Source of the DNA: Candidatus Hydrothermus pacificus
GTDB taxonomy: Bacteria > Hydrothermota > Hydrothermia > Hydrothermales > Hydrothermaceae
Direction of reading: 5' to 3'
NCBI GenBank assembly: GCA_002011615.1
Contig: MTOH01000001.1
Span: 134,549-198,548, forward strand
DNA length: 64,000 nucleotides
Every line of letters starts with the position of its first letter. The stretch's first letter is position 1. Below the pieces are notes generated by a model, which worked only from the letters and a program-made list of their open reading frames with translations, was not told the DNA's origin and did not search any database. This document shows, in pieces, positions 57,741 through 64,000 of this stretch. The position numbers and the translations under genes were made by a program.

Positions 57741-58193
57741 CTACTTTTTCTTTTTCTCGGGGCTTTTCCCCTTGCTCTTCTCCTCCATCATTTTTTTCTG
57801 TTGTTCAATTACAGACAGTATCATGGATAATTTTTTTGTAAGGTCAAGCTTCCACTGATCCTTGTCTTTCACAAGGGTGAGATTTAACTGCCTCTGGTTC
57901 TGTTCCACTGTTAAAACCGCTTTACCTTTCTCAACCTTCTCGCTTATAACCTTTGGCTCCTGCTGAACTCCACTCTGTATAATCTGAGTATACCAAGGAA
58001 AAGGACTCCCCTGTAACTCATCCAGCTTCGCAAACAAATCCTGAGTCTCCTGTGTATAGCAATTTTTAAGAGCATTTTCATCCTTTTTTTCTATTGCTTT
58101 ATTCATCTTCTTGAATATATCTCTGGGTCTTTCTTTTGCACAAGATAGTGCAAAAAATAAGAAACCAACCACTACATATGAGAATTTTTTCAT
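57741..58193 (-). CDS. Small lipoprotein (DUF4878-like)
   Basis: Lipobox FALSC. Lys-rich C-terminal tail; 150 aa. Confidence 0.5.
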   Translation of the reverse strand: MKKFSYVVVGFLFFALSCAKERPRDIFKKMNKAIEKKDENALKNCYTQETQDLFAKLDELQGSPFPWYTQIIQSGVQQEPKVISEKVEKGKAVLTVEQNQRQLNLTLVKDKDQWKLDLTKKLSMILSVIEQQKKMMEEKSKGKSPEKKKK

Positions 58194-58248
58194 TATACCT
58201 CCTAAAAATTTTATTTAAGTATAAAGTAAAAAATATTTTTTAACAAAA

Positions 58249-59631
58249 TCAATCTTTTATTTCAAACTCTTTTAATTTCTCATACAGGGTTTTTCTTGAG
58301 ATTCCAAGAATAGATGCCGCTTTTTTCTTGTCCCCTTTTGCCCTGCGCATTGCTTTTTCTATCATATACTTTTCAATTCTGGACACTGTTTTTTTTACTG
58401 CCTCTTTAAGAGGCAGATCTGATGGTATTAGAAGTGAATCCATTGATGTCCTTCTGTCAGGTGGAAATTGAAAATGCTCCAGCATTATTTTTTTATCAGC
58501 CAGTATAGACGCCCTTTCCACAGCATTCTGAAGTTCTCTGATATTACCCGGCCATTCATATTCAAGAAAAAGTTTTTTCACTTCTTCTGAAAAATACAGG
58601 TCTTTCTTATTCAGAGTTCTTTTAAGTTTTTCCAGAAAATAGTTTGCAAGCAACATTATATCTTCCTTCCTTTCCCTAAGAGGGGGCAGGTAAATAGGAA
58701 AGGTAGAAATTCTGTAATATAAATCCTCCCTGAATATACCTTCCCTCATAAGCTTTCCCAGATTTTTGTTTGTTGCAGCGATAATTTTTACATCCACCTT
58801 TATTGGCTTCACCCCCCCGAGTCTTTCTATCTCCTTGAATTCTATTGCTCTTAAGAGTTTTGCCTGCAAATCAGAATGTAATTCTCCTATTTCATCCAGA
58901 AAAAGAGTTCCCCCATCAGCAACCTCAAACTTTCCTATCTTCCTTGCAACTGCTCCTGTAAATGCACCTTTTTCAGAACCAAAAAGTTCATTTTCCAGTA
59001 ATTCTTTTGGTATTGCGGCACAGTTTATGGCAACAAAAGGACCTGTTTTCCTGTGGCTTTTCTCATGAATTCTTCTTGCAAAAAGCTCTTTACCCGTCCC
59101 TGATTCTCCAACAAGCAAAACAGTTGTTTCCATAGGCGCAACCTTTTCTGCAAGAGCAATTGCCTCTTTTATGGTATCTGTCTCTCCTATAATCTCTACA
59201 GGTTTCTCCTCCTCCTGAAGTTTTCTTTTAAGTTTCACATTCTCTCTTTTTATTTTTTCCTCTTCAAGAGCTTTCTGGATAAGAACTATTATCTCATCGG
59301 TTTCAAAGGGTTTTGTAAGAAAATAATAAGCACCGTTTTTTATAGCTTCAATTGCATTCTCAATTGAGCCAAATGCAGTCATCACTATAACATGAATATT
59401 TTCATCTTCCTCTTTAATTTTTTTCAGAACATCTATCCCGTTTATTGAAGGAAGTTTTAAATCAAGAAGCACAAAATCCGGCAGTTCCTGTTCCAGACTC
59501 TTTAAAAAATCCTGAGGATAATAGAAGGATTTTGTATTATACCCCTTTTCCTTCATAAATTGAGAAATAAGGTCACAGAAACTTTTATTGTCGTCAAGAA
59601 TCCATACTTTATTTTTCATGACTTTTTCCAT
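58249..59631 (-). CDS. Sigma-54-dependent response regulator (NtrC family)
   Basis: REC domain. GESGTGKE and GAFTGA. C-terminal HTH. Confidence 0.9.
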   Translation of the reverse strand: MEKVMKNKVWILDDNKSFCDLISQFMKEKGYNTKSFYYPQDFLKSLEQELPDFVLLDLKLPSINGIDVLKKIKEEDENIHVIVMTAFGSIENAIEAIKNGAYYFLTKPFETDEIIVLIQKALEEEKIKRENVKLKRKLQEEEKPVEIIGETDTIKEAIALAEKVAPMETTVLLVGESGTGKELFARRIHEKSHRKTGPFVAINCAAIPKELLENELFGSEKGAFTGAVARKIGKFEVADGGTLFLDEIGELHSDLQAKLLRAIEFKEIERLGGVKPIKVDVKIIAATNKNLGKLMREGIFREDLYYRISTFPIYLPPLRERKEDIMLLANYFLEKLKRTLNKKDLYFSEEVKKLFLEYEWPGNIRELQNAVERASILADKKIMLEHFQFPPDRRTSMDSLLIPSDLPLKEAVKKTVSRIEKYMIEKAMRRAKGDKKKAASILGISRKTLYEKLKEFEIKD

Positions 59632-61187
59632 TTTAAAATAACTCTTGTTCCTCTTGGCATCTTTTTTTGCAGATGTATTTCTCCTGCATGTAATTCCATC
59701 ACTTTTTTTACAAGAGGAAGCCCCAGACCCAGCCCTGTTTCTTTTGTGGTATAAAAGGGCAATAATGCTTTCTCCATTTCTTCTTCTTTCATACCTGAAC
59801 CATCATCTTCAATTATTAAAGATATTATATTATCCTCTATAAGAGAAAAAATTTCAATAGAGCCTCTTTTGTCAATGGCATCATAAGAATTCTTAAGGAT
59901 ATTAAAAATAGCTTTCTTTAAAAGAAAGGGGGAAACCTCCACCTCTATATCTTCTGTTCTGTTACTCACTTCAATTTTCTTATCAGCAAATTTCCTGAAA
60001 AATTCTTTCACCACATCCTGCACCAGCTGTTTCAGGTTTATTTTTTTTAAATTTTTTATTTTCTTACTCTTTATTATATCGTTGAAATAAACAAGGGATT
60101 CGGTAATGTTTTTTATTTCATCTTTTATTGGAACAAATTTTTCTTTCAGTTCAGGGGACTTCAAATCTATGAGAGAAACCATCGTGTTCAAAGATGAGAG
60201 AGAATTCCTTATTTCATGAAGAAAAGAGGACATTGTTTCTGAAATTAACATAAACTTTTCTTCTCTTTCTTTAATTTCCTGTTCTTTTTTCTGTTCTGTT
60301 ATATCCTCTACCTCAAAATAGAAAATTTTTTCTTTAAGCAATGGGATTTTCTTTAAATATAATATTCTATCACCTGATTTTATTTGTTTCTCCATGAACT
60401 TTGCAGGAATATTCTCAATAACATTTTTAAAATCCGGGTGTTTAATAAGTTTCTGAAAATGCCTGTTACTCATAACAACTTCCCCCTTTTTATCAAAAAT
60501 AGCAACCGCTCTGGGAATCTCTGTCATAATTGCTTCTGTTATTTTTATGAATTCTTCTTTTTTTTGTTTTTCTTTTTCAAGTTTTTCTATAAATTCTTTT
60601 TGTAAAAAGTCCCTTAAAAAATCTGTGGATTCAATATCTCCCTCTTTTAATTTTTTTAAAAGCCTGTCATAAGGTATTGACAGTAAAAATCCTATAACAA
60701 ATCCTCCCAGAATCCAAACTCCTGAAAGAAAAACAGAGAAAATATAAAAATTGTCAAATGCCCTGATTTTGGAAATATAAGAGGTTTCAGGATTAAGGAC
60801 AAATACAGCTATTGTGTCATATCTGTAAGGTTCAATTAAAATACCCCGCTTCAGAAAAAGTTCTGTCTTTGTAATATTGCCTTTTCTGTAGTCAATAAGT
60901 TCTTTACCCAGTAACATTTTCTCTCCTGTACTCCATATATCTTTTCTGAATTTAAAAGAAGTATCAGTTAAAAACACTGAACTGTAGAGATAGAAATTAA
61001 AGAGCTCTTCTCTGTTGACTTTAAGGATATTGGTCATAACTTTCGCATTCAATAACTCTTTTTTTAAAAAAGACTTTTCTATCTGAATTTGTATATTTTT
61101 GAATATAAATATCAGAAAAATGGGAAGAGCTGAAATTAAAATAATAGAAATCCTGAAGGACCAGACAAAAACTCTAAAATTTTTCAT
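59616..61187 (-). CDS. Sensor histidine kinase (2 TM, periplasmic sensor, PAS, HisKA, HATPase)
   Basis: Two TM helices flank a ~130-aa periplasmic domain. PAS-like region. H-box HEIRNSLSSL. G-boxes DDGSGM…GLGLGLPLV. Confidence 0.85.
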   Translation of the reverse strand: MKNFRVFVWSFRISIILISALPIFLIFIFKNIQIQIEKSFLKKELLNAKVMTNILKVNREELFNFYLYSSVFLTDTSFKFRKDIWSTGEKMLLGKELIDYRKGNITKTELFLKRGILIEPYRYDTIAVFVLNPETSYISKIRAFDNFYIFSVFLSGVWILGGFVIGFLLSIPYDRLLKKLKEGDIESTDFLRDFLQKEFIEKLEKEKQKKEEFIKITEAIMTEIPRAVAIFDKKGEVVMSNRHFQKLIKHPDFKNVIENIPAKFMEKQIKSGDRILYLKKIPLLKEKIFYFEVEDITEQKKEQEIKEREEKFMLISETMSSFLHEIRNSLSSLNTMVSLIDLKSPELKEKFVPIKDEIKNITESLVYFNDIIKSKKIKNLKKINLKQLVQDVVKEFFRKFADKKIEVSNRTEDIEVEVSPFLLKKAIFNILKNSYDAIDKRGSIEIFSLIEDNIISLIIEDDGSGMKEEEMEKALLPFYTTKETGLGLGLPLVKKVMELHAGEIHLQKKMPRGTRVILKWKKS

Positions 61188-61672
61188 TCTGGCTTTGGAA
61201 GTTCATCAATGGAACTCAAACCAAATACTTCAAGAAATCGTTGTGTAGTTCCATAAAGGATGGGTCTTCCTGGAACATTCAATCTGCCCATCGGTTTTAT
61301 CAACCCTTTTTCCAGAAGCACTTTAATAGTCCATTCAGGAGATGTTTTCTTTATTCTGGAAATTTCGGGTTTTGAAACAGGTTGTTTGTAGGCAATTATG
61401 GCAAGGGTCTCCATTGCGGATTTTGAAAGTTTCAGTTTTTTGTCTCCTGATATTTTTTTTATATATTCAGAATACTCGGGTTTTGTATAAAGGCGAAAAC
61501 CTCCTGCCACTTCCATAATCTGAAAGGAATGTTCTTTATACTCTTCTTTGAGTTTTTCTATTGCGGAAATTATTTCTCCCTTTTGTTTACCGGTAATCTC
61601 CCGCAGTTTCCTGATAGATATCGGTTTTGAAACAGAAAACAAAATTGCCTCAATTACTCTCTCTATTTCCAT
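61184..61672 (-). CDS. scpB: Segregation and condensation protein B
   Basis: N-terminus IEAILFSVSKPISIRKLREI; two winged-helix repeats; 162 aa. Confidence 0.85.
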   Translation of the reverse strand: MEIERVIEAILFSVSKPISIRKLREITGKQKGEIISAIEKLKEEYKEHSFQIMEVAGGFRLYTKPEYSEYIKKISGDKKLKLSKSAMETLAIIAYKQPVSKPEISRIKKTSPEWTIKVLLEKGLIKPMGRLNVPGRPILYGTTQRFLEVFGLSSIDELPKPE

Positions 61673-63147
61673 AGTTTTTTAAGTCCCAAATAAAATATTA
61701 CTGTCAAAATTCCATCAAATATAAGTTCAATAATTATAATGTTAAATATCTTTATATACAATAGAAAAACAAAAACAAGAAGAGCCATCAAAAATCCAAT
61801 TTTATATCTGAAACGGTTTATAAAAGAGGGGATTTTATGAAGTAAAAATATCCACTGGAAAAAGGAGGCAATTGAGCTTGCAAGAGCAAGACCGGGCACT
61901 CCCATCAATTTTGACAGTATCGGAGCAAAAATCAAGTATGAGGAAGTACTAAAAAGGAATGAAAGCATTGGCTCTATTATTTTATTCTGACTGTAAAAAT
62001 AGTTCAGGTTTATTTTGGCAAGGGACACAGTAATCACGGAAAAGGAATACATTAAAAAAACACCTGATGTTTGATAAGTATCCACCCTTGAGAAAACACC
62101 TCTTTCAAAAAGAATTCTGATTATTCCATCTGCATTTATGACCATAAATATAACTGCAGGAAGCAAAATAATTATAGCCTCCTTATAAACGTTTAAGAGA
62201 TATTCTTCCTTATTTTTCTCCTTCACCATATCGGGTAATGTGGTTACGGCCATACCAACACCAAGAAAAGCAATTGGAAGATGCATAACCCGGAAAGCAT
62301 AGTTCAAAGTTGCGACCGCTCCCTTTCCAAGCAATGACGCCAGAAGGGTGGAGATAAAAAGAATTATTTGATTCAAAGAAGTACTGAGAACAACAGGCAG
62401 AAGAAGAGCGAAAAATGGCTTTAACTCCTTTAACTTTTCCTTTTTAAAATCGGGTGAAATTTTAAAGAATAATTTATTTTTAAATACAAAAGGAATGAGA
62501 AAAAAGAACTGCATAAATATACCCAGAAGAAGGGAGACACCAAGAAAGATTAAAAAAATCTTTTCATTGCTTCTATATTTAAAATAAAAAAACACTCCCA
62601 GAATTAAAAAAGTAATATTGAAAAATGCAGGAGCCAGTGCAGGAGGAAAAAATTTTTTCTCTGCGTTTAATATACCACCCAAGAAAGAGCCAAGAAAAAG
62701 GAACACTATAAGGGGGAAAAGTATTCTTGTAAGCCTTACAGTTAGATTATACTTCCAGGGAATCTTGGTAAAACCAAAGGCGGTTATCTTAACTATAAGA
62801 GGTGCAAAAATAATACCAAGGGTAGATATGACTATGGCAAAAGTTACATATATAATAAACACATTTGAGCTCAGTTTCTCCTTTAAACTTTTTTCTTTCC
62901 ACTTTATATAGCTTGGTACAAAAGCGGTCTGGATTGCATTTTCTGCCACAATGTCCCTGAGAAAATTGGGAATTCTAAAAGAAACATAAAGTATATCTGC
63001 AAGGTGACTTGTTCCTAAGGAAAAGGCTATAAAAATTTCTCGTAAAAAACCAAATACACGGCTTATAAATGTCCCGCCGAGAAAAAAGAACAGGTTTCTG
63101 GTTATCTCAGAACCTCTATTTCTTCCTGAGGAACGTAGTTCCGCCAA
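61663..63147 (-). CDS. murJ: Lipid II flippase MurJ (MviN)
   Basis: 14 TM helices. N-terminus …FISRVFGFLREIFIAFSLGTS… typical of MurJ. Confidence 0.85.
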   Translation of the reverse strand: MAELRSSGRNRGSEITRNLFFFLGGTFISRVFGFLREIFIAFSLGTSHLADILYVSFRIPNFLRDIVAENAIQTAFVPSYIKWKEKSLKEKLSSNVFIIYVTFAIVISTLGIIFAPLIVKITAFGFTKIPWKYNLTVRLTRILFPLIVFLFLGSFLGGILNAEKKFFPPALAPAFFNITFLILGVFFYFKYRSNEKIFLIFLGVSLLLGIFMQFFFLIPFVFKNKLFFKISPDFKKEKLKELKPFFALLLPVVLSTSLNQIILFISTLLASLLGKGAVATLNYAFRVMHLPIAFLGVGMAVTTLPDMVKEKNKEEYLLNVYKEAIIILLPAVIFMVINADGIIRILFERGVFSRVDTYQTSGVFLMYSFSVITVSLAKINLNYFYSQNKIIEPMLSFLFSTSSYLIFAPILSKLMGVPGLALASSIASFFQWIFLLHKIPSFINRFRYKIGFLMALLVFVFLLYIKIFNIIIIELIFDGILTVIFYLGLKKLWK

Positions 63148-64000
63148 TCTGCCCTTCCTGGTTCTTCGGGGTCTGAAGAATAAATTAATCTATAATTACC
63201 ATCATTCTTCAAGTCTATAAAGATATATTGATTTCTTGTGGGATTTCTATAAAACCAGGACTCCCATGCATAACTACCAAGAGGATAGGGATTTCTTCTA
63301 ACTTCATCGGGCGGCCCATACTTTATGTATATTCTCCCCCTATCAGTGTATCTTCCTCTTCTATTCACTGTGCCAAAGTTCTCATCAGCGTATTTAACTC
63401 TGTTAATAAAAACAACAAGAAACTCATTGACAGGTGTTTCAGGGTCAGTATCAAATTTCTTCCAGAACTTTTTAAGAAAAGTTATCCTTGCTTCTCTTTT
63501 TAAACTTTTAAATTCATCCATTTCATCTTTTGTTGCAAAAAAGTCTATAAACGAAAGATAATCTTCGTATTTTTCAGTTGCAAGTTTTTTATAAAGGTAT
63601 TTCTGAGAAAAATAGGAAAAACTTTTTTCCTTTCCTGTAATAACATATTCAGAAGTATCCATTATGCTTATTTTTAGAGTATATTCTCCTGCTTTTAGAG
63701 GAAAAAGCGGAATCTTACCGTATATATAGCCCATTTTCTGTTCAACTCTCTTTTCTTCAACATTAGAAAGCCATACCTTTCCGGTGCTGTCTTTCAATTC
63801 AAGAGATAGTAAAAACTTAAAAGGTGAATTATAAATCTCAAAATAATAATAGGCAAAAGAATCAGGGTAAGAAAAATAAGGAGCAGGTAAAAATGAAAGG
63901 TTGTATCTTTTAAAAGGATATCTGTCTTTCTCGGTGGAAATATTCTTAATTATCTGAATATCAGATGTCCTTGCACCTTTGAGAAATTCTATTTCTATAA
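63102..64000 (-). CDS. GWxTD-domain protein, 5' end beyond the window
   Basis: C-terminal region …GRYTDRGRIYIKYGPPDEVRRNPYPLGSYAWESWFY…IFIDLKNDGNYRLIYS matches the GWxTD domain. The reading frame is open upstream of the track's TTG start (…LSLELKDSTGKVW…) to the window edge. Confidence 0.55.
   Translation of the reverse strand, partial: IEIEFLKGARTSDIQIIKNISTEKDRYPFKRYNLSFLPAPYFSYPDSFAYYYFEIYNSPFKFLLSLELKDSTGKVWLSNVEEKRVEQKMGYIYGKIPLFPLKAGEYTLKISIMDTSEYVITGKEKSFSYFSQKYLYKKLATEKYEDYLSFIDFFATKDEMDEFKSLKREARITFLKKFWKKFDTDPETPVNEFLVVFINRVKYADENFGTVNRRGRYTDRGRIYIKYGPPDEVRRNPYPLGSYAWESWFYRNPTRNQYIFIDLKNDGNYRLIYSSDPEEPGRADWRNYVPQEEIEVLR

Overview
AT-rich (roughly one-third GC by eye), densely coding bacterial chromosomal segment with about 58 CDS, one tRNA-Ser(GGA) and one unlinked 5S rRNA gene. 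I found no transposase, integrase, phage genes or CRISPR array. Most genes are housekeeping or cell-envelope functions: phoH with a PgpH-like 7TM-HD gene, RmuC, PolX, RadA with a YacL-like PIN/TRAM gene, UvrD/PcrA, ThyX, AcpS, PtsI/HPr, LptF/G, MurJ, ScpB, BamA, PpiD, SppA, LpxH, AsmA, RmlB/C and heptose-pathway enzymes. Strong AGGAGG Shine-Dalgarno motifs sit upstream of several starts. Taxonomically informative markers are a T9SS C-terminal sorting domain on a 1334-aa S8 peptidase, a bifunctional class V FBP aldolase/phosphatase, and two sigma-54 (NtrC-type) two-component systems. Together these suggest an uncultivated anaerobe of the FCB-related candidate phyla rather than a classical Bacteroidota, though this is only an inference. 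Loci worth a second look: (i) an S8/T9SS peptidase -> radical SAM/SPASM -> FabH-like ketosynthase operon; (ii) a 917-aa protein with about 12 copies of an unrecognised ~26-aa (G.G..-D..G[ND]D.Y) beta-solenoid-like repeat fused to HEAT repeats; (iii) a pilC -> PilS-like kinase -> PilR-like sigma-54 regulator -> polX operon; (iv) an orphan V-type ATPase subunit D; (v) an isolated NuoM/NuoN-like antiporter pair; (vi) a stand-alone AmmeMemoRadiSam-type radical SAM enzyme with an extra N-terminal zinc ribbon; (vii) the fbp(classV)-ptsH-ptsI operon; (viii) an orphan 5S rRNA; (ix) a tRNA-Ser followed by short direct repeats and hairpins. All calls rest on reading motifs by eye; no database searches were run.
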